This document shows positions 52,346-64,000 of a stretch of DNA of 64,000 nt, piece after piece. Under the pieces are notes generated by a model that saw only the letters and a list, made by a program, of their open reading frames with translations, searched no databases and was not told where the DNA came from. Position 1 is the first letter of the stretch; each line of letters opens with the position of its first letter. The stretch is from Eledone cirrhosa. Its lineage: Eukaryota. The position numbers and the translations under genes were made by a program. The stretch is from NCBI GenBank assembly GCA_964016885.1, contig OZ024743.1, positions 157,790,001 through 157,854,000 of the forward strand, read 5' to 3'.

Positions 52346-55300
52346 ATCTGAACGGACGTCTTTTTGCTCGCTCTCGTAAGTTTATTTATTTACCTGTCAA
52401 AACTTATTTATTGAATTTGTTGTTGATGTGTAAGGCATACCCTTGGACTTTGTGAAGGGGAACGTATAATATTTGGGCCTTTTGGTCCAAATATTTGAAC
52501 ATTTTTACATTATAAAAAATTATCCAGAAAAAAAAACCAACATAAACATGGCTGCCCCACGAGCGATATGTCTGCTGTTGTGTGACAACGACGTAAACGT
52601 TGAGATAAGCGCTACGGCGAAATTAACAGAAACTGATACAACAAACACCACCACAAACAACGTGAACAATGACAGCAATGATAACAATACTGAGAACTCT
52701 AATTTTGAAAAGAATGACAGTAACAGCGGCAACGAATATACAGATAACAGAAAAAATGACAACAAATGCAACAACAATATCAACACCACTAACATGAAAA
52801 CAAATAGCGACAACACCAACAGCAACAATACCAACTGCACCGAGAACAACAGCGGCACCAAAGACAACAATGATAACAGCGACAGTGATAACAACAACAC
52901 CAACAAGAACAACGACAACAGCAACAACAAGAAGAACACTTTCGCTGCGGCAGCAGCCAAAAAGAGGTCATGCTTCAACATGGACCTCTCAAACAAAGAT
53001 GAAAAGTTGGCCCAGGCCTGGAAACTCATCAAGCAAGAGCAAACCTGGGCCAACTTAACTGTCTCGGTAGAAGCTATTGAGGCAGTGGAGTGCAGAACGG
53101 TGCATTATAGATGCATCTCAGCACAAACCAAAAGGGCAGCTTTAATTACACAAGCAGATGTCGAAGTCGCCGATATATAGTCGCGGATATATAGCGAGGG
53201 GCAGACAATACGGCACCATTTCGGTGCTGTTCAAGTCAGAAGCCCTCGCTATGAAACACGCTATGACACCTTCCAAGGTTATAATGTACCCCTCCCACAT
53301 GGGTAAAAGAACGGCCCGTCTCCGCATTCCCAGAATCCCACCAGAACTTGACATGTGGTGGCTTCTGTGATGTGTGATTGTGGAGGAACTGCCAGAGAGG
53401 ACTGATCCGGGGTTCATCTGGAAATACTTCTCCAGATCAGGCCGGAGAATGTGAAGACAATCCCGGACCACATCCGCCTTCAGAATGGGACGGTGAAACG
53501 CATTATGACCGAGGGCAAAAGGCCTCAGTGTTTTGTTTGTGGGGAAAAAAACCCATTTGCGAGCCTTCTGCCCTCAACTGCTGAAAGATGCAAGGGGTCG
53601 AAGGGCTCCACTGCTGCCGACGCCGGGCGAGGACCACAACCAACACCAGCACCGGCAAAATAACCAGCCACAACACCAATAGAAAGACCGCCACCAGCAT
53701 TGACAACCCAGGAGGAAACGAAGAAAGTTGTCAAATTCCCCCTCCTCCCAAAAATACAGACATCAATAAAAACATAAACACACACACAGACACACTTACA
53801 GACACAGACCCCTCATATACCAGTAGTGAAGATGAGGGAAAACCAAAATCCCCCAAAATACAAAAAAGGAAACACAAAGAGAAAAAAAAAACTCAACAAA
53901 GCACAAAAACACGCACAATAAAAAAGGCAGACACCACCCACGCAAACATCTCCCCAACAACACCAACATCAACACCACCATCACCAGAATCCCCCAAATG
54001 CAAACAACCTAAACAGACAAGAGAACAAATACACACACAAACATCTGATACCACAGACACCACACTCACAACAAACACAGACACAACCGAAACAACACTA
54101 TCAAAACCATTAACACCATAGCTACGCAAACAAATAAAATCACAGCAACAAAACATGCAAAACTTCGTGCTCGTCAGGAGAGCCAACAAGGAACGGATGG
54201 CTCGCGTAGCACGAAGTGAAGAAATACAAAAAGAGGGGGAAATTTTTAAATCGAGCACATTTCGCGTGGCGGAAGATTTTTTTCTTGTGCGAATGTCGCT
54301 CGATTTATACAAAGAAATCCGAGACAGCTTTCCTCGGGACGTGGGAACCCCGAACGTAAAACCCACTTCAAGACTTTTAAAGGGGTTCCCAAAAGAAACC
54401 CCATCAACTATGGCGGTCGAACCACCCGACCTTCACAAGAGCCCGGAAGATAACTAAACCTTTCCTCTCTCTCTTTTAGCCTGCCAACATGGCCGTATTA
54501 AGAGTAGGAAGTTTAAATGTTCGAGGCCTGGGATCGTCCTGGAAGCAGGGTCACCTGCTCAACGACCTCAGGTCTCTAGAAATAGATGTAATTGCCGTCA
54601 GCGAGACCAGGATTTCCGACACGCACGCACTAGCCCCCATTTTCGACGACTATCAGAACTTTGCATCTGTTAGTCGGCCTGGAATAGGAGGTGGGGTGGC
54701 AGTGCTGTTTAGGAAAGGCCTGGATCTCGAGGTAAGGTCGATCTTCCGGGACCCGGACGGGAAGTTGGTGGCCCTGGACGTGAACAATAACGAAGGTGGT
54801 GCCTTTAGATTGGTGGCCGTCTACTAGGGAAGGACAGCCGGACTTCTTTAGACGCCTGGAAGCCTTTCTGGGTACGTCTCGCCCTTTACTGTTAGCGGGG
54901 GACTGGAACGGCATCTTAGACGCACGCTGGGACTGCGTGGGAGGATCCGATAGGAGCAGGGGGTGGGGGGCAAAACCATCAAGAACATGATCAGCCAGTT
55001 CCAACTGTCTGACAGGTACCGACTAGATTTCCCTAATGCGCCAGTGTGGACCTGGACTAACCGCATAGGGTCATCTAGATCGTATATAGACAGGATAATT
55101 CATTAGGAAAATAGACAGAAATAGTGTAAGCTGTCCACGTTTTAAAACGGGCGCCTATTCAGATCACAAGTTTGTGATCTGTATGGTCGACCTAGATAAG
55201 ACGCGTAGATTAGGACGTGGTTACTGTAAGCTGAACATGTCATTTCCGACACGTAAGGCTTACAGGGACCAGGTCAACAATTTAGTTAAGAAAAAGTTGA

Positions 55301-58152
55301 CAGGGGGCGTCGTCAACAATAGATGGTGGGGGGGGGGTCTCTCAAAAGAGAGATTAGAGTAATGTCGATAGAGTTTAGCAAAGAAGTAGCGTTAGAGAAA
55401 AATAGAAAGGAGGGGAGTTGGTAGATAAGTTAGACGAGGCTATTGGTAGTGGCATTGCAACTAACGTGCTACCGGCAAGAAGTTTTGCATTTCTTCAATG
55501 CAAAACACGAAGGTTGCATTGTCAGAGTTAAGGCGAGTGCTTTGAGAAACGAGGGAACCAAAGCTGTTCGATGGGCCCGCGTGGCAGAGGCACAGCGTGG
55601 TAATAAAACCACGATTCGGTCTTTGACGAATTGAGATGGACACGAGCTGAGCGATTCTAAGCGGATGAGTGAGGCCTTTCGCCATAATTTTGCTCGGTTG
55701 TTCGGGGGAAGTGGCGGGTCAGACACGGTGGCGGACTTCAGTCCCTACCCCGACGGCTTGCCGCAGCTCTCGACAGCCGACGCTGAGCACTGCGAAAGGC
55801 CGATTACTTCATCTGAGTTTTAGGATGCCCTTGTCGGCTGCATGAGGTGCAAGTCTCCCGGTTTGGATGGTCTGCCCTACGAGCTTTACGTAAATATGCC
55901 AGACTTGTTCTCCAATCTCCTCGAAGCGCTCTGCTGCAACTGGCAGCAGAACGGGAGTATTCCCAGTTCTGTGAGCCGGGGCGTAGTGACGCTGATGAGG
56001 AAAGACGAGAACAAGAGGGACACATTAGACAATTTCAGGCCCATAACTCTGCTCAAAACAGAGTTTAAAATTTTGGCCAAGGTGTTAGCGAAGAGGTTGG
56101 CGCTTGTAGTCGGGGATTTGGTTGGGGAGGTGCAAACTTTCACAATCCCAACCAGGCCCATACTCGACAACCTCCACCTTATGCGATACATCAAAGAGAG
56201 GGTAGGGTGTAAACCTGGCCTCGGTGGGGCTCTGATCAATTTAGATCAATCGAAAGCATTCGATATGGTCGACCATCGGTACCTGGAGGCTGTTTTCAAG
56301 GCGGCTGGATTCGGCCCCGTCTTCAGAAGCTGGATCGCTGCAATGCACAGCGGCACCTGCTCGATGGTCAAAATTAATGGCCACCTCTCGGAACCGTTTC
56401 AGGTCTCCCGATCGGTCCGTCAAGGGTGCTCTCTCTCCTTCCTTCTCTACGTATTGGCTCTCCAGGCTTTACTGCGGAAGCTGGAGCTGTTGCAGGGCAT
56501 CCCGCTCGAACCGGGACACGGAAAGGCTGTGTCGGCTTATGTGGACGACATCACCGTGGAGGTGTTGGACACATCAGAAATCGGGGTGGTCGGCAACTTA
56601 TTGAAGGAATATGAAAGGTTGACGGGAGCAAAACTTAACCCGGAAAAGTCGGTGGGTTTGCAACTCGGCACCTGGAGAGGCAAGTCCATGCCGTCCAACA
56701 GCGTCGTGGGGCGCTGGACGAACGGACTGGTAAAGTTGCTAGGGGTTTGGTTCGGGCCAGACCTCCAGGTGGATAATCATTGGGACGAGGTGACGGGCAG
56801 GGTAGCCAATCTCGCCCAGAAATGGGCTGTGAGATAGCTATCACTGAAAGGTCGGGCGGAGGTGGCGAACGCGTACATCGCGTCCGTCATCTACTACCGT
56901 CTGGCCGTCGTCCCATGCCCCTGTTCGCGCCTCGCCATCTTGGAGCGGCTCCTCTTCAAATTCTTGTGGAGGGGTCAGGTTCCGTTGGTGAGGCGGTTTA
57001 TCTGCTGCCAGCACCCTCTACGTGGAGGACAGGGCATGCCGTGGCTAATGATGCGCAGACAGGCGCTAAGGCTGCGGCATCTCCAGATATTCTGCCTAAA
57101 CGGTTAACAGGTGTGGTCGCCGTTTGTCAGACGAGCCTTTCCGCAGCTCGTCACTTTGACTGAGCTGCAGTCCTGGGTCAAGAAGAGACCGAGACTGGGT
57201 GACTGGAATCTGGAATGTTGCCAGGCACTCACTGCCCTCTACCAGGCGGGCAATGTGGTCAGTGGAACTTCCACTCTCGAGTTCTATAGGGGATTAGTGG
57301 TGGGGAAGTGCGACGACGCACTCAGAGAGGCTCTGGGCGTCGACGAGGTCGAACTAACAAGTCTGTTCCGGAGGACTTTCGAGCCGGGGACGATGGATAA
57401 TATCAAACATCCCTCCCTTAGCAGTACTACCGGGGGGCACTGCCGGTTCGAGATAAACTCTACAGGAACGGAAGTACTGTCAGACGGACCTGCCCGAGAT
57501 GCGCGCAGAGCGACGAAACCGTTCTGCACGCACTCGTCCAGTGTGCGTGCATTACTGACTTGTGGAGTTATGTTGAACAGCTGTTGTCGCGTGTAGAACT
57601 GATCCGGCTATCGGCCCGCCGTTCGACCCGCCGCCTTCTTTTGGCCAGGAAGGGCAGGTAATTTTCCTCTGTCTGGTGGCAGTAGCGAAAGAGGTTGTAT
57701 GGTGGACGAGGTTGAAAGGACTGAAGACAGACACTTTTCTCTTCGGCCAATCCCTCATCAAATTTTTCAAGTTTCACTTGGAGAGGAAGGTGAGGATGGA
57801 GAGAGAAGTGCTGCCTCCCATTACATTTGCTGAAGTGTGGGTGAATGTGGCATGAATGGCCCGTGTGAGTGGGCCTACTCTGGTCATGCGCCTGTATGTG
57901 GGTAAATTTGAGGAGGAGACGGGTGCCTTTCCAGGGTGCTCTCGAAGCGTCGGGTCGTTCAGAATTGGTGGGGTACCTGAGAGAACCCTGGGTGGTCATC
58001 CACGCCCCATATTGGGGAATTTTCCTTGTATTTTCCTTGTTACTTTGTTATTGTTATTCATATTGTTTACTCGATTTTTCTGTAAAACCCCACTGTCCCA
58101 GTCTTTTGTATTGTCCCCTATATGTCGGCCCTTGTGGCCAATAAATGAAACC
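52346..58152 (+). mobile_element. Full-length decayed Tx1-clade LINE
   Basis: ORF1 52548-54457; ORF2 from 54489 (LNVRGL, GDWN, FRPITLL, LDQSKAFD, RQG, YVDD) to ~57900; TSD attattgg at 52338-52345 and 58153-58160. Confidence 0.92.
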
Positions 58153-58158
58153 ATTATT

Positions 58159-58595
58159 GGTGGATTGTTAGTATCGGTAGAGGGTCGGACGCCATGCTTT
58201 GACGCATTGAGTTACGGCCCTTGCCATTCTGAGTTCAAATCCCGCCGAGGTTAACTTTGCCTTTCATCCTTACGGGGTCGATAAAATAAAGTACCAGTAA
58301 TGTACTGGGTAATTGCTGGCCGTGTGCCAAAAGTAGAAACAATTATTATTATTAGTAGTAGTAGTTGTAGTAGTATTAGGGAGGTGGATTGGCAGTATCG
58401 GTAGAGAGTCGGACGCCATGCTTTCCAACATAGTTACGTCCCTTTACGGACTGAGTTCAAATCCTGCCGAGCTTAACGTTGCCTTTCATCCTTTCGGGGT
58501 CGATAAAATAAAGTACCAGTAATGTACTGGTTAATTGCTGGCCATGTGCCTAAAGTAGAAACAATTATTATTATTATTATTAGTCGTAGTAGTAT
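58159..58595 (+). mobile_element. Two head-to-tail SINE family A copies
   Basis: 58159-58378 and 58379-58593, each with B box, core and (tta)/(tag) tail. Confidence 0.9.
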
Positions 58596-58812
58596 AACCG
58601 AAGTAGAAGTATAACCGAAGTTACTCCTTAGTGTAAACACAATGAGTTAGATAATAGTGACACAATGAAAAATGCGACCAGCCACATTAATACTACAACA
58701 ACGAAATATACAGACGTTGGTAGAACTCAGTAGATGAAGGAAAACAGAGCTCGATCTGTTGGAAGAGAGCTTATTTCGTGTAAACAAAGCATCATACACT
58801 TAACATGTATGA

Positions 58813-58847
58813 GCTGCCAATAGTTTCGGGGTCCACTCATGGGCAAC
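58813..58847 (-). ncRNA. Hammerhead relic
   Basis: Minus: gttgcc-CATGA-gtggacccc-GAAA-cta-TT-ggcagc; core partly deleted. Confidence 0.35.
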
Positions 58848-58929
58848 ACTGTATAATGAGCGGGCACATGACAGGAACTCAAAAGCATTGGTAGCACATA
58901 CATATTAAGTGTATGAGAATAAATTTTTA

Positions 58930-58963
<34 letters not shown>

Positions 58964-60131
58964 ATATTTATGAGGGTGTGTTTGTGTGTTACTGTGTATG
59001 TATGTATGTGTGCATGTGTGTGTGTCTGTGTTTGACTAATAATAGAAGTGTATATGCAGGCATATGCAATCTAAACTATAATAAAGTAAGGACTACGGGA
59101 CTGCGTACCGTTTATTTCTTTTAATCCAGTTAGTAGAATAAGTTGGATTACTTTGAATAAATAATAAATGATTACATAATTTATCTATTAAATTTTTTAG
59201 CTGTTGATTAAATATATTTTATAGCTTATTTAAAGATTCAATTCTTTAAAATTTTCAAATGTCAACACTTCCGGTTAGCGATCGCTTAAATAAACATATA
59301 TTTTCATCACTAATTTTCTCCTAATGCAGTTTATATATAATATCATCTTTTTTTTTAATGTATCATGGATTACGTTACTGATTACATAAGAGAGTGTAAC
59401 GCAGTTTTCGTTCAATTTCTGTGTATAGTGTCAATTACGATTTTATTTGATCTATCATATCTACATGCAAATATACTTGCGTATAATATTAATATGCACA
59501 CTACACATGCTAGTAGAAAACCACTCGAAGCGTGGTTTTTCTGTTAGTATCTTATAATAAACATACGTAAATCGCGCTGTGGGTGTTTTAATATATGATA
59601 ATTTCACCACTATCTCAGCAGCTGTTTGAGAATACGAGATACGAGGTTTTCAGGATTTTTATCGGTACTGAAACCAGGTTTAACTATAGTTTATATTTTT
59701 TTTGCGTATAAAAGCATGTTGTAAAAGTTAATTTTCAAATAGTGGGTGCTTCTGTTTCGATACACCTGGACTGTTTTGTCAGGTCTTTTTCAATGTTTTT
59801 TGCATGCATAATACATTGAAAAATAGTCTGAAGTGCCATTTAAGGCATAAACCTAAAAATGAACTGAGAAGGCTGTTGAACCCTCATACATCGAAATACG
59901 ACGGGAGAGTCCATCGCATATATTATAGTCCATTGTATATATTTATGCAACAATATTTATAAAACCGTTGAGTAGATATTCCTAGTTAGCACGCATTAAA
60001 AGTTTAGGTAAATATACATATATATATATGTGTGTATGTGTGTGCGCGCGCGCAAAAGTAAACGCAAATCAAGAAAACAAACAATACAGTATATGAAGAT
60101 ACATGTTAGTCTAAGGCTTGATATAGTAAGA

Positions 60132-60168
60132 ATCATAACTTTCGGACGCTAGTCCTTCATCAGAAGAT
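60132..60168 (-). ncRNA. Near-intact minimal hammerhead at end of C/A-rich tail (60055-60780, minus)
   Basis: Minus: atctt-CTGATGA-a-ggac tagc gtcc-GAAA-g-TT-atgat; stem III collapsed. Confidence 0.6.
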
Positions 60169-60966
60169 AGAATGTGAAATAAAAGAAGAAATAGAAATAT
60201 ACAGAAGAATGAGAAGAGAAAAAAACGAAGAGATTTCATTTTGAGGAAAAAGCCCGTGTTTGTTCAGTCAGACATTTGGAAGAAATGCTGGTCAAAGTGT
60301 ATTTTAGATATTAGAGATATTTTAAAAGATAATCCTTGTATATTTTGAGTCTACATGTGTGTCAGCATGTTAGTTTGTGTGTGTGTGTCAGTTTCTTTAT
60401 CTGTGCAAAGCTGTGCGTGGATGTGCGTTAGTCTGTGACAAAGCTGGCTGTTGGGAAATTGTAGAGGTGTGAGCGTGCGCACGTGCGTGACCTGACCAAC
60501 ACAGGGAGGTACACCAATGTATGTGAAATTCTGCGTACACAAACAGACATACACACAAGTAGAAAACAGTCGCATGGGATTGTAAAGGTAGGGGAACGGT
60601 GGCAAACATGATCGTCGCTCAGGCTCATACAGTTAGTATGGACATAAGAGATACTACTGGGCTTCGGGTACGATAGTATGGTGGTACAACCACAAACAGC
60701 TGAACTATGAAGTGTAGAGTCACTGCGTGCGTGGAGGGAATTTGAGCTGGGAAGTTGTGGGCGGGGGGAGTAAATGTTGAGAAACAGTTATTATCGACGT
60801 CTTAGTGATAAAACTTCTTATTTGGAATTTCACCTGTGTACTCACAGAATCAACAGACAAAACATGGCTGCAATAATATTTAAACTCTATTTCGGTCTTG
60901 AGTAGTCATTCTCAACTTCGTTAATATCACATACACACACACATACCCAACACACATAAATATATA

Positions 60967-61033
<67 letters not shown>

Positions 61034-61194
61034 CGTGTGTGTGTGTGTGTATGTATATATATGTGTGGGCGTGTGTGTGTGTGTGTGTGTTTATGGGTCC
61101 GATGAGTTTCCATACATTTTTTTGATTTGTGAAATCTCGTTCTCAAAATTTGTTTAGCCACAGGCTTTATCTTACGTATATGACAATTGCCGTG

Positions 61195-61365
61195 CATAGG
61201 GTCGGACGCCATGTTTTGTAGCATAGAGTTACATCCCTTTGCGGTCTGAGTTCAAATATCGCCATGGTTAACTCTGCCTTTCATCCTTATGGGGTCGATA
61301 AAATAAAGTACCAGTAATGCACTTGGATAATTGCTGGCCTTGTGCCAAAAGTAGAAACAATTATA
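61195..61365 (+). mobile_element. SINE family A
   Basis: Core match. Confidence 0.85.
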
Positions 61366-62799
61366 TTAGAATCCGTAACTGGACAGTTGTGCGGCGGATT
61401 TCTTAAGCATACACATTATTATTTCTGAGCCCAAGTCTAATACTTTTTCCTTTTACTTTATAAGGGTATTTTTGTTGTTGTTGTTTTTTTTTTTTTTCAT
61501 CGAAACAGTAATTATTTGGGGCACATAAGTGGATATTTTAATGGATTCCATAAAATATTCAAAATTCTGGCCTCGAGTTGAAAGTTTTCCGTTATGCGCA
61601 AATATGAGTCTATACTAATAAATAACCTAAAGTCTCTTAGTTTTGTAACTACCCTAATAGACGTGGAAAATACAAAACTTACTACAAAAAGAGAATATTA
61701 AATTTGTTCCCCCAGCTGGTTACATAATAATTGAATTAAAAGTATATCTGTGGAAATAAATTTCGTAAATATAAATGCTTACATTCCAATATTTGCGTCT
61801 ATTTAAGTGTGTTTTTGTGTGTCTACTTGTATGTATGCATGTATCTGTGTGTGTATGTGTGTGTGCATATAGGGATGCGTAAATGTATGTTTACATGTAT
61901 AGTCTTGTGTGCATGTTTAGCTGCGTGTGTGAAAGAGAAGAGAAGAAAAGGAAAAATTAAATAGAATTCTTTTATTGCCGCTCGTATACAAAATGTATTA
62001 TATAAATTATAATTTAACTTCATAACACTTTCAGGTTTCTCAAATTGAACAGATAACACTGATATAAGAATGAAATAATGTTTCTATATCATTTTTCTAC
62101 GACTACAAGCCTACATTGTTATATATTTACAGTTTTTTGGTAAGTACGGTGAAGTCTATGCTTCACTAGGAATGTTTCATAAGACCCAAATTTCTCTAGG
62201 GTGATCTTTATAACTTGCCTAAACTAAAAATATATACATTGCATGACGAACATGATAACAGCAATAAAATACATAAAATACTGTAATCATCATATAACTA
62301 TATATATATATGATATAGAATTATTTAACACATTTAAAAATTAAGAAGTTAATACCGTAAAAGATTAATTTCATTTACTTGTGGTAGATAAGCTTGGTGT
62401 GGTGTAAGTGTGGTAGAAATAGAGGCGTTAACTTGTCATTGTGCGTTTGGAGCGCTATGACGCTCCTCTCTTTGATTCCCGCTCATTTATCTTGGAATTG
62501 TTGAGAAGGGACTGAGTCAATTGCGTTTTGGTCATCAATATGGTCAACAGTCGAGTTTCCTTTGCTTGCCTGGCTATTTTGCCTACATATAATGAGTTCC
62601 GATAAAACCATAAAAGTGTCTATAACATCGCAGAATATGTACAAATGTTGTTGCTTCATTAAAGTTGCAAATAAATCAAGAAATGAACCCTAAAAGTAAA
62701 TATAAAAAGAACATAAATATACATTTATCTTTCTGAAAAGTATTGTTATCCTCCAAGAGTCGATAAAAACACAAGGTTCTAAAAACCTTCGCTAAATAC

Positions 62800-63058
62800 A
62801 AACAACTACCTCCCTACGGATATCTGACGCTGTACACCAGGTCCGAACACGGAAGAGCCGAACTCCCACTGTCATCGCCTCCATCTCTCTCGCCCTGCCC
62901 ATCTCTCTGTATTATGAGCAAATGGAGTCCCATGTGCTGGCCGCCCCACGGCCCCGGTGGACACAGAATGGAGAAGGCGTTTCCTCGGAGGATGGTAAGG
63001 GAGATGCGTTGGAAGAGCCATTCCATCTCGCGAGGCTCACACATGCGGTTAGCCAGCT
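62800..63058 (-). mobile_element. 3' end of a CRE-clade LINE
   Basis: WLFQRISLTILRGNAFSIL matches the CRE RLE C-terminal FQR.S...RGNA motif. Confidence 0.7.
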
Positions 63059-63099
63059 ATGGTGGTAAATAGTCTGTGGTAAGTGTGGTAAGTAGGGAG

Positions 63100-63683
63100 G
63101 TATGTCAAATTAATACTATAGAACAACAACTGTATCATACACACCCTATATATTTCCAGGAGTACTTAGTACCTGTGGGGATATTGATCTCTTTTTATAT
63201 ATTCTCCGTTATGTAGAGAACAAATCCTTTGTTTTATTTAGCTGCTATTTTTAGTGGCGTGATAGTCAACACGTCTATGTTTACTTCCGCTTCTACTAGG
63301 GGCTGGTTCATGCACAGGTCAAGTCTACGGCCTCATTCGATCCCGTGCTAGCTGGCAGGTGGCAATATATGTTGCCGTTCCTGGGACTTTTGTCCTAGGT
63401 AGGGAAAATGCTTTCTGAAGATCTGAACATTTCCATTGGAAGTCCCTAGGATTTCCAATCTTTTGTGAAGTGAAACCGTCGGTAAAAGGAATAGGTGAAT
63501 ATTTAAATTATATTTTTTTATTTATTTTAAAAAATTGTTTGAATTTGCTTGCTCCGCTTATCTCAATTTTTATAGTTCTGGTATGTCAAATTAATACCAT
63601 AGAACAACCACTGTATCATAGACACCCTATATATTTCCAAGGGTACTTAGTACCTGTCGGGATATTGATCTCCTTTTATATAT
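63100..63683 (+). repeat. Partial tandem (481-bp period, ~103-bp direct repeats) containing a hammerhead
   Basis: 63100-63202 resembles 63581-63683. Confidence 0.8.
63411..63488 (+). ncRNA. Type-I hammerhead ribozyme with long stem II
   Basis: cttt-CTGAAGA-tctgaaca..attggaagtcc cta ggatttccaat..tgtgaagt-GAAA-ccgtcgg-TA-aaag. Confidence 0.75.
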
Positions 63684-63766
63684 AGTCCAGAAATAGCCGT
63701 CCGACGGCTTGAACTCTGCCGTCGGGGTCATACTTTTTCCTATTTTTTTATATATATATATATATA

Positions 63767-63811
63767 TATATCGGACAAACGGGACGCCGTATGGCGGACC
63801 GTTTTGCCGAG
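63767..63811 (+). pseudogene. GIY-YIG fragment
   Basis: YIGQTGRRMADRFAE fused directly to (AT)n. Confidence 0.65.
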
Positions 63812-64000
63812 GAAGAATCTGTGTCTAGAGGAAACATGCTAGACATATTACCCATTTTTACATGAAGTATATCCGTAGCATTCTACACATCTGAAGGCGG
63901 ATAACATTCCCTGACACTGTGATTCAGCAAGCCAAACTCCTACGCTCATGCAGAAGATTTTGTTAAGATGTCAATAGCGTATACCAAAGTGGCTTCTGTA

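Noticed and set aside
58153-58595. CRISPR-like or other prokaryotic repeat array
   Set aside because: Repeats are ~200-bp SINE copies in a eukaryotic context; no repeat-spacer structure or cas genes

Overview
Repeat-saturated, gene-poor eukaryotic DNA, most likely a coleoid cephalopod (Octopus-like, inferred from the tRNA-SINE families and (AT)n/(CA)n density). I found no confident host gene. Contents: two full-length decayed Tx1-clade LINEs (16.4-22.1 kb, 52.3-58.2 kb), a frameshifted autonomous Helitron (23.9-28.3 kb) plus two non-autonomous Helitrons, several Penelope-like (RT + GIY-YIG) elements, fragments of R4/Dong, RTE, CRE and a zinc-finger LINE, and many SINEs. The main hidden signal is RNA-level. 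Reading by eye on both strands gives about 22 type-I hammerhead ribozyme motifs, about 9 with an intact CUGANGA/GAAA/NUH core. They belong to many unrelated repeat families, mostly have tiny palindromic stem III, sit in tandem or inverted pLTR-like repeats and usually end at (AT)n tracts. One example is a non-coding 529-bp tandem with one hammerhead per unit (retrozyme/circRNA candidate). A separate repeated three-way-junction motif at 37 kb is unexplained. All folds were paired manually; none were computed or searched.
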